Origin: Marsupella aquatica
Taxonomy: Eukaryota > Plantae > Marchantiophyta
Reading direction: 5' to 3'
DNA length: 64,000 nucleotides
Assembly: GCA_973895155.1 (NCBI GenBank)
Contig: OZ316894.1
Location: 4,860,944-4,924,943, forward strand
In this document: positions 36,783-50,716 of the stretch, in pieces
Position numbering within the stretch: position 1 is the first letter of the stretch
Layout: every line of letters starts with the position of its first letter
Program-made: the position numbers and the translations under genes
Notes under the pieces: model-generated
Told to the model about the DNA's origin: nothing
The model's database searches: none
Seen by the model: only the letters and a program-made list of their open reading frames with translations

Positions 36783-39700
36783 TCACAGTGCAGAAGGAAC
36801 AGCGAGCTCCACAGCTGAAGATAACCATGTTACGACAGATGCTTCAGTTTCTGGCGCGACTGAACTCAATAATCCCAAAGGTGTCACTGTTATCTGCCAT
36901 CCCAACAGCACAAATGGATCACAGAGATATCACATCAGAAAACAAGCTGAAATACTATTCTTGGGTGTGCTATTGGGTATTTCCAGGTCACAACAGTTTA
37001 AACCCATCAGGTAAATTGATAAGCCTGTGTCATCAGCGGCCAAGACAATCCTTTTATCTAAACCTACTATAACTCTCAAAGAACGGAAATACAGAAAAAA
37101 TATATATAAGACTGCTCGTGGTAACAAATAGTTTCCAGTTCCTCTTCAAATAGGAGCTACAATCACTTTGACACTTCCACAAACCATGATTTGCACTACG
37201 TCAAAGTCCAAAGAAGATGTCCAGACTGAACTGAAGTCAAATACACGGTAGCACTTCTACAAGATAATTCATCCAACACAAGAGGGTTGACGATACATAC
37301 AAAGCCTTGCTGCAAGGCTTTAAAGTCCGTCTCTTCACTCAGATCCCCATACTCCATCTCAGAGACCTGCTCCAAAAGTAACAAAGTTAATAAAAGGAAC
37401 AACATAGATGACAACACACAGATGAAATACTGGCCTCATAACACACAGAGATCTTGCTATGAAGTTTTGCGCAATCATTCCAAAGCATTTACAAGTGTCC
37501 AACAAACTTGCACCATCAAACTAAGATTTTTGCCATCACGTTATGAAACACTAAATCTTTCATCATGCTCAATGGGTTTGCCACCAAAAGTCTACAGGGA
37601 TCAAGCACAAGCAACACGTTCATAATCAACAAGAAAATCACGAACCCACAGCTCCATAAAAGATAGAAACGGAAACTAAGGGTCCATTACTCTAGAACAT
37701 AATCATACAAATTCTAGACATTGACAGTGTGTAATCAACCTCCATCCGGAAGACAAGCTTTTGGGAATCTGAGCTGCCTTTGACTCCATTGGGTGCCACT
37801 CCTACACCCATCGATTCGATCTCGATAGGTGAATTCCTTGTCTGCGAACTTTGTCGCCGTGCTCCCTGTGCAAGTTATACAGTCTCAGCTCGTAGTAGTA
37901 GAGAATACCATTGTAAAATTATTCAACTATTATAATTCCGTTTGATGAATGCACAGCTGCTTCTCTCCGTATCGGTTTAAGCTAGCCTACTTTGTGCCAG
38001 TAGTTGACCCTAAGAACACCTATGGTATAAACCCAAGTATACCTAAAGACTCGGGCTCACTAGAGTGGAAAACAAATTTTCATTCCAGAGTAACCCTGGG
38101 TAAGGAGACTCAGAGCCCCAGAGTGGCTAAATCACCCACAGTGTCCTAACAGGTCCAACCAGTTAGGACACCTAAAAACCCAGGGAAGCTGTTGTTTGCG
38201 CTTCCTATTTCTCTTGTTAGACCGGCAAAATTATCGAGAACATATCCTACTTTAAATATTGCTGGTCAGACACTAAATGGCGGAGACTGCTATGTACTAC
38301 AGTTTGGACTTGAGAGCCAATGAGAATGCACTGCAGTGCTACTATACAGGGGCGGGTACCCCTGGAGTGCAACAGGGAGTGCGAGGGAAAGTCATACTCC
38401 CTACTAAAGTATTTGTACAACCCTCAGTCCCTGTCAAAGCTGTAATCTTATTGGCTCAAACATTCTGACACACATCTGTACTCCTCACTCCCCAGCCCAT
38501 GGGACCCAGCCCTCAGGATCTTGTAACTGACAAACTTACAGCTGCAGAAGCTGCCAGGCCAAGCTGTGCAAGTTGAGCACCGAGACCAGCGTCCTTGGCC
38601 ATACTCATTCTTCTTTGGGTAGTGATAGATTTCCAACCGATTGTCATACGAGAAGCTCCCTGCTTTGTCACTTTGTAGCCCTGAAACAAAAGACAAAACA
38701 AATCTATGAGATACAAAGTGAACGTCAAGACAATCAACAACTGAGGTTCATTGGTCTTACAGAACTGGTTGACAATTTCGATACCAACGTACTAACCTTT
38801 CCTAGAGGATAGTAATTTTAGAATGATTTTTACAAGATAACAATCCAGCTTCATTGCTAGAACAAATTTGAAAGGCAACACACGTAAAGAATATATTTCA
38901 GGATTTACCCGATTTCAGCTGGGACAATCTCAGTCTCCTGCTACACTGATGATGTTGCTAATTAAGCTCAATGAACAATGAATGAAAGAATATTCTTTCT
39001 TTTAAAAACGGCTGACTAGGAAGAGCTACAAGCGTCGAGCAGGTGTAACGTGTTGGTTGACTTCTTTACAATGCAGAAGATTCTTCAAACTTAATCATAG
39101 CTTACTGACATTCATATAAACTTCATATCAAGGAAACAAGTTGATTGCTGGCAATGATCATAGATACCGGACTTCACATCCAACAAAACGTAATTTCAGC
39201 TACGAGAAACTACCTTATACTGTGACGGATGAGTGGGGATTGACACGTTGTAATAACAGCCTTTAGGGTAGACACCTTCCTTGATATCTCGCAGCGCAGC
39301 ATATATCAAAGGTAAAGAAACTTCTGCTGCAGATAGGAAGTCAGATTCTTTGCTCTCGCCTCTCACCCTGTAAAAAAGCAAAAATGTGAGTTTGCAAGGC
39401 CAGCTTTGCAAGAGTCACCTGGATTCAGAACAAAATCCTAACCTGTCCAATGACTTCCAACACGGTACTAAACCTTACGGCAATCTCAAACCTCTGTTCA
39501 TAACACCTACTGAGAAGCCTACCAACAGAGTGAAACAGAAATCGCTGGTACTCCACTCAAGAATGCTTCCCTTGCCCCTGCAACTGTTCCAGAGTAAATT
39601 CTGCCACACGAGATTGTATACAGTGTAAGCACAAATGACCTCAACAATAGCATAACATCATTGACTTTCTGTTCCTTATGCCGAAATCCACAAAGACACA

Positions 39701-41750
39701 AAAGAACTTAGGGATGCCTTACATATGATAGCCACAATTGGATCCCTTGTTAATCCCACTGATGACCTGCACCCAAACAAGCGAAAAGAGTAATCTGAGA
39801 GCAAAGATTTTAGCTTTAGCACGCTCCACGCTACTTGAAAATCATGCACGACCATTATTTATAGTATTCAATTTGCGCAAGCTAGAAAGACAGCTCACAT
39901 AAAAGTAAGGGCCATGATCCATTGACGACCTTATACTCCTTTACAGGCCCCAGTCAATCGCAAAGCAAGCCAGGAACCAGCCGCACAAATTACTAAAGTA
40001 GCTGAAGGTCGGTCTCCTAAATTAGAGGATTCAAACTACAAACACCATGTGACACTCAATTTGAGATATCAAGATATTAGGCATACCAAAGTAGGCTTAG
40101 ACCAGGAAAATAGCGCCCCTGATAGGCTCAAGGATATACAATCGGCAGGTGTACCTGTGCAAACAAAAACAGTCTCAGCTTGATATTAATCTCACAGGTG
40201 ATCTACTCAGGAGCGACCGATCAGTTTCTACAAACGACAGATAGATCCATAGCCAGCGTCGTAAAATTGGAACTTTGCCGATACTGCGTAGAATTCTCAC
40301 CCCTTGCCAATACCCCACTCCTTGCCTATTTGGTGCTTTCCTAGTTCATTTTCAGTACAGCTGAGAGCCTGTACAGATGCTATAGATCGCCCACAGCTCA
40401 CTGTGTTTTAAGGGACAGATCGCAAGACCTTCCGAGCGCCCTCTGTGTCGACAAATCTCTGGGGAAAACATCCCCCTTTGACACCAGCGAAGAAAAGAAC
40501 AAAACGACTAGAGAGAACCCTTGGAGTTCAAGAATCCCTCGAAAAAGACAGTCCATCTTTGCTCGAACTTCAAGTCACTACATATCTGAAATTCAACCCT
40601 ATCTCTCTCAGCAATTGTGGGCAAATTGGAACTTCCAAATTTGCAGTCAACAAAATCAATTTTAAAAAACAAGATGGAGGAGATTCAAATCCGGGGTGTC
40701 AATGACAAGTTAGAGTACACTTCCAGAAATCATGTGTAATATTTATCAGACGGAAGTGGTATTGCAAGAAGTGGGTTCAAGGAAAATCCTTAACTGAATA
40801 CGCTAACATCCTCGTCAATTCCTAAATAAAAGAAAACCTCCTTGGACTAGTTGCTGAAGCTACCAACAATGCAAAGCTTGGATACAAACCTTCACTCGAT
40901 AATGAGTACAAAATCCGGCAGTGTTGGGGATTTCGAACCAAGCATCGGTACCCGCAATCTTTACAAAGGAGGACGTTACAATCAAGAAAAGCAATCTCGA
41001 GGACGATACCAACAGTACCCGCTGTTGGTAACCACAATCGAGGATTTCGGAGCCACCGATGTTGTCTGCTTCCTAATTCTCAAGGAAAGCGCTAGCTCCG
41101 CAACGAACTAAAAGCAAAGCTGCTTACCTGAAAGTTGAAACGCAGTTGCACCTGCGATGTCAACAGCCTCCGCCACCACATTTTCTCGGATGGTTATGCT
41201 ATGTGCAGCAGCTGATCTGTCACTGAAACACACCAATGCAAAATTCTAGGCTCTGAATGGTGGAAAGTGATCAGAACATTGAAGTTTCCAAACAATTCAA
41301 GAATGTAAATAAGATAATGATCCCAGTTGACGGTCACTACACATTTCCTTCGAATTTCCCTGGTCTTCTGACTACATCCAAAAGAAGTGTCCTTCCATCC
41401 GACATGATAAGCGAGTCAATGGCAACTCACGAGTCAGGGGCGCAGACATGTACATCGCAGCGACCTCCTTCGACTAAAGCGGACACTAACGCTCGCAAAC
41501 CCGGAGCACCGATGCCATCGTCATTGGTGATCAAAACAACCGGGAGATCGGGCCTTTTGTTTTTCTCTGCACCTTCACTTTGACTCTGAGAGGAAGGAGG
41601 CTTCTCCTGCCCCCTTGCCGACTGCCGGGAGTACTGTTTGCTCAGGCTTTCGGTCTCTTGCTGAGCAATCCGCTTGTTAAAAATATCCTTCAGGTTGGAC
41701 ACAACGGCGCCGTGTCCTTGAGCAGTCGTCGTGCTTGCCTCCGAATCCAT
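36783..41750 (-). CDS. surE: SurE-family 5'-nucleotidase/acid phosphatase, 10 exons
   Basis: GT-AG exons: 41750-41431, 41222-41128, 40154-40087, 39766-39723, 39600-39523, 39367-39214, 38680-38540, 37865-37740, 37366-37301, 36893-36783. Motifs [74 protein letters not shown]; ends ...PSAL*. Confidence 0.95.
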
Positions 41751-42618
41751 GGACCCCCAAGCAAATCACCCCAAGCCAATCTCCCCAAGCCAATCTCCTC
41801 ACGGAATGCGCAGTTGGAGACTCACATAGCAGCTCGCACAAAATGTTCAATCAAATAGCAAGCCACCAGCTGAACTGCACACCGCACCGAAACGGGCCAG
41901 AAGGTAGCAGCAGGAGGGAAAAGGGCCTGAAGACACGCTAGCATGTCATTTGAGCCAGTGCTGCCGACAACGATCGACTGCAAAGAGGGACAATGAACTA
42001 TCTCCAAAATCGAGATTACGCAGGTCGGAACACCACCGAAAGTATGCTCAGACTGCACACCGAACCGAGACTACGATGAGGTCCAACGCCAACAACCCCT
42101 TACGACCATTTGCGCCAAAAGCAATGCGCCCATTCTTCATCATCAGTAAGTTACAGAACGAAGGCAGCAAAAAAGTAGAACCCCGTCGCCGAACTTGGGC
42201 CTCCTCCACCACCGGCGATTCTGCTCAAAGACTGCTCAATAACCTGATTACCCAAATTACAGTACCTTGTCTCCGTGTAATCCTGCATCACACAGCGCAC
42301 GGCGACCGTGCCAGGCAGTCTCAACTACCGAAAACCTGCACGCACGTGAACGCAAACGATTGCGAGAGAGACCTCTCCCTCTGCTCCGCTCGGCTCCGCC
42401 CCGTCCTCCTCTGGACCTCTTCTTGCTGACAAGCTCAAACCCTGTCAACTAAACTGTCGTTCGCGGGCCTACCTGCGGCGCTTTGTCGATTTCGTACCGC
42501 TCCTGAAAATGCTGACAGGATGCGACGCGATGCTATTTTCTGAGACTCTATTGATGAATGTGTACTGTAGTCCACTCACAAACGCAAAGCCAACCATCGC
42601 CACGCCACGCCACACCAC

Positions 42619-42624
42619 TTTATA
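42619..42624 (-). promoter_or_regulatory. Candidate TATA box for the SurE gene
   Basis: TATAAA on - in GC-rich context ~870 bp upstream of the ATG. A possible 5'-UTR intron (~41876-42264) lies between. Confidence 0.3.
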
Positions 42625-42751
42625 GCGCACGGACAGAGCTCGCCATAGCATTCGCTATTATTTTGCTTCCGTCTCAGTAGTCGAGCGGTCGAGCCATATC
42701 GACCAACAATCAATCTCACCGGTCTCTCTTCCGACTCCGTGAGTGGCATCG

Positions 42752-43300
42752 GCCGGGGGCTGGTGGAACGGGGATGCCCGGATGGGACCGATGTAAAGGG
42801 GCGCTGTAATTATGAGGCGATTGAAAGGGGCGGTGAAAGGGAGTGTGTAAACCAGGGCCTGGTGGAACGGAGATAGGACTGATGTAAAGGGCCGATGTAA
42901 GGGAGTGTGTAAACCGGGGGCTGGTGGAACGGAGATGGGACTGATGTAAAGGGGCGATGTAAGGGAGTGTGTAAACCGGGGCTTGGTAGAACGGAGAAAG
43001 GGGCGCTGGAATTATGGGGCGACTAAAAGGGGCGCCTCTTTCACTCGCTCACACTGCGGATGTCCGGGTCACTAAAAAACCTGACATAAAATTTCCGGTC
43101 GCCAAATCCGTGGGCCGACCACCTGATCGGGAATAGAGAAACGTAAGTTTGAGACACCCTACTGGTGTGGTGGAGTGGTATCGGGCGAGAGCTGGTGGAA
43201 AGGGGATGGGACCAATTTAAAGAGGCGCAGGGATGTTGGGGCAATTGGAAAGGGCGGTGTCAGGGGGCGCATAAACTGGTGTGACGGAGAAAGGCCGATC
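42752..43300. repeat. G-rich ~61-bp tandem repeat
   Basis: GGGGCTGGTGGAACGGAGATGGGACTGATGTAAAGGGGCGATGTAAGGGAGTGTGTAAACC-type units at ~42757, 42856, 42917 and 42978, a degenerate copy at ~43190, and related sequence at 44860-44960. Confidence 0.9.
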
Positions 43301-46300
43301 CCGGAAGGACTTCGCATATAGGGACATCTCAAACCAGTGAGTTCCCAGAGAGTTCCCATGATGGATGCCTTGGTCTGGGTCACCAAGCAACAATGTGTAG
43401 TTCCCGCAAAACATGAACGTCACCAACTTGAATAGTCCCTGCAATGTTGTTGGAGTACTGTGCATACGTCTCCATAAAGCACCAAAAATTTCAAGAAAAA
43501 AAATTATGAAACACATTGAGTGGAGGGCGGTGGTTGAGGGTGGCTTTACAAGATGTCATGGGCACTTCGGACTTTTCTCCACCAAAGCAACTGGATGATC
43601 ACTTCCTGTGAGATAGACTCCAGACCAAAAATCTGTTGTTGAAATGAAATTAAAATAAACACTCATCCCTGGAGTGAAGGAACCAAAGTGTGGACCATCT
43701 AGCCCAATTTTGGATGCGTTTAGACCACCTAAACAAAATAAACTCTCCGCAACAGCATTTTCTCCCGCCCATTACTTGCCATGTAGGATTGGTAGATACA
43801 ATATCCAAATGAACCCCAAGGTCTTGTAAAGCCACCATTAATCTCATCTCATAGGGAATAAAAAGATGCAAAGGGCCCCTGACTTCTTGTAAAGCCAACC
43901 TGAGGACCGAGTACTTTTTGGACAATTGACAGTCACTAACAATACAAAAACCCAAATGGACTGAATTTTCCTATACGGAGGAAAAACTGTCAATTTGGAC
44001 CCCTAAATGCCAAAAACTAATTCCCTAATGGATGGCCTAGATCTATTAGCCAACATGTGCTTTCATTGCTTAGACCCTGGAGTCTCGAGTAAAGGGGAAG
44101 CTACCACCAAGTTGCTTATCTCTTTAGTGCCCCATGTGCCTGCACTTTGGTAGTTGCACCACCTGCTGCCAGTTGAGATTCCGCTGGATTGTGGACAATC
44201 ACCTTCTAACCAGGGCAGTCACCAATTGCTGACAACACTCTAATGAGGTCAGTCATTAACTGCATCTACCACAAAGTGTGATGATAGCCTAGCAAAGTAG
44301 CAAACTCTTGCCTCCAAACTTAGTTTTTGCAATGTGCATTCCCTTTCAATCCTTCAATTTGCCACGTCACAACAGTTAAGGTGCAACTCCCCGCCACCCA
44401 GGGGACCCTAGTTCAGTAGTCATAATCAACTTTGAGCAGACAAAAAGTAAATTAAAAAAATGGCATCCAAGACAAAATCCCACCTTCCAATAGAAATGGG
44501 CTGGAAAAATCTGTGGCAAGTCTCAGAAAATGGGGAGGAAATTAAACTCAGTACATGGTAACTTGGAAGTTTTATATGTGGCAAAAAGCCCCAGGAAATT
44601 CTGTTTTCTGTTTTCTGCTAATGTTTCCTTTTGATCTCCACAGATACAAGGATACCCTTAAAATTCTGGATAGTGGGCTCTTTGGGCAGGTGAAAAACTG
44701 GCTAATTTAAATTTTAAAGAAAAACCTGGCTAGACACTTTTCACGGATATGGAAATTGGTAAATTTTTCGCCACTACAACAAATACAAGTACAGTAGGGT
44801 CACCTTTCTGGCTTTTTGGCCCATCCTTACATATCCCCCCGAAAAGGGGCAGGTGGGAGGGGGATAGGACCGATGCCAAGGGGCGCTAGAATAATGGAGC
44901 CATGCAATAATAAAGGGGCGATGTAAAGGTGTGATTGGAGATGGGCCAATCCCGGAGGAGAGAGGGCGGGACCTGATGAGAACCAGAGGACCGGACAAAG
45001 CGAGAAACCCATGGATACTTCCTCCCCCCCCTTCCACATTCGTCGCCGCCTGAGTGACAAGCGTACAATCGGGGTGACTGACTCCAGAAATAGCGGGGGC
45101 TCCAGAAATAGGTGAGTCATGTAGGTGACCCTTCCCCGCATAGTTAATTAAATCTCCTTCCTTTACCACGGACGTCCTGAATGAAATCGACCAGCTGTAC
45201 AATCTTAACGGTCCATCTTGTCGCACTCGCGGCTTTGCAAGATCTGATCCGTTTGTCTTCAATAATTACTGTAGCTGGATCCGATTAATCTGGTCGATAG
45301 TTAATATCCCCGGTAGGTCGTTGGTGTGACTATGTTGTCGGGTGCGGTATGGTCCGGGGGTTTATGACGGAGAGGGAGCGCGTGGATCTTGCGGCCAAGA
45401 ACAGGACAAGAACGTTACTAATTACAGGCGCAAAAAATAGTGAGTGTGCTGACGCAGAAGTTTGTACGTTTACATTACAGCACGTGTAAACGACATACAG
45501 TAACGTAAAGCAAACTTACTGTGTGGCTAGATTTCAGATCCACGGTGTACTGTTACTACAATTTCCGCGGGAAAGATCGGATATGAAGTAACGGCGGTGT
45601 GACTGCTTTTGTTTTATTGAGATTCACACGAGACTCCAAATCCATCTTTCCATCACAAAATAAGGAGACAATTAGGGGTGACGAGCCCAACTATGTGCAC
45701 ATATCAGGAAGGGTTCCCAATATTCAGAATCCTCATGCCAGTCCCTATTCACAAGTATAATTTAAATAATAGAGTTTTTCTATTATTAACTGATGCTCAT
45801 CCTCGAACATGCTTGTTTATTTGTCTAATAGTGATTCTCTTTCAACTAGAGGTAGAATACTTTCTCACTTTGAAAAAGACAATTATATTAACTATTATAC
45901 TATGGGTACAATATTAGTTGAAAGAAAAATAAGTGAACTTTTTAACCTTTAATTTTGAGCTGTATTTTTAGGGGCTCTTTATTCAGGTGACAGTGATGTA
46001 TAAACCATAAATATTGTAAAGTTATCAACCAATGGGGATATAAGCTACAGTCCATCCAACTGTTCAATTCTAGTTGCCCCGTTGAGCCTGGTGAGAATCC
46101 TTCCTTCTCAGAAATAAGGACTAATTGTGAAAGTAGCCAAAGTAGAGTCTTAAAAAGGTAACATTTACTCTAAAAGTACCTGATTGAAACTAAGGCATTT
46201 AAAAAATTAAGGGGCAGAGATTACTAAATTTGAAATAATACAAAACAAAAACCTTGACTAGGTCAAGCACACAAAAAAATACATGACAAGCAACATGAAT

Positions 46301-46849
46301 AAGACAAGACAACCAAAAGGTGTTCTACCATTATAGCAGCCTCAAAATTTAAATAATAGAGTTTCCTTATTATTAACTCCTATAATACACAGTTGCGGGT
46401 CGTCATTCAAATTTTGAGGGCACAAAAAAATCTGACCCAAGAGAAGGAATATATCAAAATTGAATTATATTTAGTGTGAAATAAAGAGGTGACACTTTTT
46501 CCAAGCAAGAATAAAGGGGAATGCCAATGCACAATAATCAAGTACCTTATGGACCATATTATCCATATATAGGAAGTTATCCATGCATAGAAATAGTATT
46601 CTCCATGCCCACACATCCACATCAAGTACCCCATGATAATCTATAATGTCATACCAAGAGTTTAATTGATTACAAATATTACATAATGTAATAGAAAACA
46701 TCAAACCAAAAAATAGTACAAAAGGCCGAAAACGGGGGTGGGGGGTATTCAAGCTAAAGGTTTACAAGGAATTTTAAAAGAAAAATACAAAGACAAAATT
46801 CATTCTTAACTGGTCATACTTTGTGGTTGTTGTTACTCATTTTTTGCAC

Positions 46850-47402
46850 CCTTTTTGTGCGACATTTTTTGCTTAAGACACCTTGGGTGACACCACATCT
46901 TTTTTTCTTAACTGCATCTTAGGTGACACAACATCTTTTTCTTAAATAACAACATCTTGGCAACACAACGTCTATTTTTCTTAATGACATCTTAGATGAC
47001 ACAACATCTTTTTTTTTAATAACATATTGGGCGACATGACATCTTTTTTTCTTACCAACATCTTGGGGGACACAACATCTTTTTCTTCATGACATCTTTT
47101 GTGCAACACACGGGTATTTTCTTCACGGCATCTTTTGTTCTCAACGACTTCTTGGCCGACACGACATCTTTTGTTCTCACCGACATCTTGGCCGATACGA
47201 CATCTTTTGTTATCACCGGCATCTTGGCCAACACGACAGCTTTTGTTCTCAACGACATCTTGGGCGGCATGACATCTTTCCTCTCAATGACCTCTTGGCC
47301 GACATGACATCTTTCTTCTCAACAACCTCTTGTCCGACACAACCTCTTTTGTTCTGAACGACATCTTGGTCGTCATGACATCTTTTGTGCAATGCACGGG
47401 TA
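46850..47402. repeat. 36-bp minisatellite built from paired GACATCTT subunits
   Basis: CATCTTTTGTTCTCAACGACATCTTGGCCGACACGA-type units at 47129, 47165, 47201, 47237 and onward, degenerating leftwards. Confidence 0.92.
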
Positions 47403-50269
47403 TTGAGCTAGTTAACAAGGAAGTCATGACCAACAACTTCACTCTAGAGAAGAATTCATGCATTTATGGTAATTAATATCACGGTGAATTATAGTATAGC
47501 TTGATTGTATTGTATAATTCATGCCCATATTTAAAACCTTAAACCCTACTGGGTCTTAGGTCTGCCTTTAGAGTTTCAACCTTTCCGCATAGACAATTAA
47601 GGTAATAGAAGTTTCAAATGGTATGTGCTTCATCTTCTAATTGCTTGATTTAGTCATCTTCCAATACTCAGCCTTCACTGTATGTTTATAGTTTCTAATA
47701 TTGATCACTTTCCACTCTTTCAACCATGATAAATTTTTAGATATTTATGACTTTATTTGGAGTTGAAACAAGTTTATGTCAATTTTGGTGATCATTTTAA
47801 CTAAGTTATGAACATCACCAAGCTAATATAAGTAGATAGAGTGTCCTCTTAGCATTCTTGATGCTATCCATTTTTGTCTTAATGCTGATGTGCTTATCCA
47901 CATGGGAAGTACTTGTGGCCCACCTTTCAAGGGATCGACACATCGAGTGATCTACACTGAATCATTTATATACGTTTGTCCACATTTGCAAACAAGTTGA
48001 CAGTATGGGGTGCTTCAACTTCCACTCTATTCAAATCATTGCCTAGAAAGTTGATCACTAAGTTTGCAAAATGTTGTACTATTTTTCCACTAGTCTAAAC
48101 TTAAATACATTACACTGGGCATCAATCTGAACATTAGTCTAGCGTGTTGCTTGTTTTTTGGCATGATTGATACTGCTATGTAGTCACAAAAGTGCAACCA
48201 TAGCTTCCTAATTCTCATCACCAGATGGTTAGCAACATCTGGATTGAGGGACAGCAACGCACATTTGAAGCTAATTCTACCCTTTTGCCGTTGCAGCTCA
48301 TTCATGCTACTCGTCAGTGTTAGTAGTAGAAGTGTGCGAAAGGCTAGGGGCTTCAACCTGACATTGACTGGAATCAATGAGATGACAGGGAGACCTAGTA
48401 TGTGAAATCATCCCAACAATGCTCATACCCTTGATGTTTGAGACTCGATTCCAACACGCTTGATGTCATCTCCATTGTTAGGAGGAGATAAGGTAGCCTA
48501 AGGATGCATGTGGTGCTTTGCCTGGTTACTGGATGTCTGGGAGGATGCAACAGTGCACCCTACACAATGATATGGATAGGTATCACTACCTTATCACAGA
48601 ACCTACATCACCTCTGCTAGCTAGTATGTACTTCTATGACCAGGGAGGATGGGACTATGTGTCCCATCTCTAGGGTAGTAATTGGCGATCTTGTGAGCCA
48701 TTGGGCGGGCTTGGCATTTGGCGCCTGGTTGACTGGTGCTTTGGCACTTGGGATCTTTCCTTATGTCCCGCTGGTCTTTGCGGCGGTGTCTTTGGAATAC
48801 ATTGGGAGCACTGTCACTTTTGGGGGAAGAAAACAAAATTTGCTGAAACCAAAATTCAAAGTACTTCAGGTTGACTTTTTAAGGCCATTCTAGTGACGTC
48901 AAGGAGCCAAACATATCAAAGTTTGAATGATAGTAAGTTGGCCAAGGAAGTTTAGAGATCTAAGCCAAAGTGCAACTAATTGGAATGTGATGGTCCTTTG
49001 AATATTGGCCCTAGTGTCCCCCTTGAAACCCGATGAGGGTCTTGTGCAATGAGGTTTTCCCTGGGTTTTCCAAGTGTCAAGACTTCATTGCATCTTTCAT
49101 TCATGTTTGGTCATGCTATGATTTGGTAGGGCCGATTGGTCTTAGTGGGAACATTTATGTGCCTTGCATTCTGGCATTCTCACCTGGAGGACCTGTCATT
49201 CCAGAGTATTTGCCTCACAAACCTTGCAAGCATCCAAATATCTTTGATTTAGGACACTTGCTTGCAAGATGGCTCTTGTTAAGTAGTCGTTTGCAGGGTC
49301 CTTCGTACTAGTTTAATTAGAAGGGCCAAAGGGCAAAATCCCACGGATTGGACTTAATGAGTAGTATACCGTCCGATGGTTGCAAGAGAATCTTGCATCT
49401 ATTTAGGTGTCATTGACTGAATGCTTGACTGAATGTAGTGAGATCCAACCATGCATGGAACCTCAAAATCTACAAGTGGGATGGGGTAAACGGGGAACAA
49501 ACAGGGAGGGAGACAATATATTCTAGTGTGTAGAGTTTGTTCAATCTTTAGGCCCAATTTGCATGTTAGGGGCCCTTTTTTTTGCAGTCCTCAACACTAG
49601 CGAAACAAACGACAAATCTCCTTTGGCAGTAGTAGCTGCTGCTGCAGTGCCCAAGCCCGACCGTGTAGCTCTGTTCTGATGCAGTAGTTCCTTTTGCACG
49701 GAGAGTTGAGAGTTGGAAAGCATGCTTCTTTGTTTTATTATTGTTTCAAAGGAGGGGATTGTCATCAGGAATAATATGACTACATTCAGGTATTACAAAC
49801 AAAGCACCGGGCCGGCACGGTAGAAAATATAGCCTGAGGGAGAAATGAATGATGTAACTCAAGCAAGGGAGGGACTAAGTTTATTCCAGTCTCTTCTTAC
49901 TGTAAACCCTCCTTGTGAATCTTCTTTAATTTGTATGTTTTCATTGAAGGTCAAGGGCCATAACCTCCGTGGTAGCCTGGCCTCAAGATTACATGATTTA
50001 AATCTCTCTTATTAACACTGATCAAGGTTGCGACTCTTTGAAGCATAGTTTCAAAGATTCACAAAGAGGGTTTTATTCTTGTTACCCTATGAGCACCCCT
50101 TGGGAATTACACTCCATAAGCCCTACACAAAGAGCTGGTCAAGTACATGGTATAGAATGATGGTCCAGTTCTTTGGGCTGGTCTTGAACAGTCTAGCATT
50201 ATCCTTGGGGCTCAGTGTTGGCTGCCTACAGTGGTGTAGCTCTTCTAGAAATCGCATGCCATGCTGTAT

Positions 50270-50716
50270 CATGAACTCCTCCTCCATTTACATGTTGTAC
50301 ACCTCTCCTTGAGGGTGGGGAGCTCCGACTTTACGCCTCGTGTGCCATGCTTCAATTATGAAGACTTGGACTGCTCATCAATTTACATGTCATATACCTC
50401 GGCTTTGGGTGGGGGACCTCTGGCTTTACAAGTAGTACGCCACTCTCCTATTGCAAAGACTTGGACTCCCGGTCCATTTACATGTCATACATCTTGAGAA
50501 GACCTGGAGTCCGCTTCTATTTACATGTCATACACCTCGTATGTGGTGGGGGACCGCTGGCTTTACAAGTAGTACGGCACGCTCCTATCGTGAATACTTG
50601 GACTCCTCGTTCATTTACCTGTCATACAGCTCGGCTTGATGGCTGGGGACTCTCGGTTTACATGTCATTGACCTAGGTCGGTGGTTGGATGCGTCCTCCC
50701 GTTACATGTCACACCG
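50270..50716. repeat. Degenerate tandem repeat upstream of the JmjC gene
   Basis: TTACATGTCA-type core about seven times (~50287, 50383, 50478, 50521, 50615, 50658, 50702), with GGCTTTACAAGTAGTACG twice. Confidence 0.85.

Noticed and set aside
40670-40945. tRNA B-box-like GGTTCGAAATCC in SurE intron 2
   Set aside because: No A box or cloverleaf could be built.
47052-47307. ORFs with 12-aa repeats on both strands
   Set aside because: Artefact of the 36-bp minisatellite, whose unit is divisible by 3.
47930-48380. Minus-strand CKCGQTYI resembling a Penelope GIY-YIG motif
   Set aside because: It lacks the YIG glycine and downstream R..EH, has multiple stops, and no RT motifs are recognisable.
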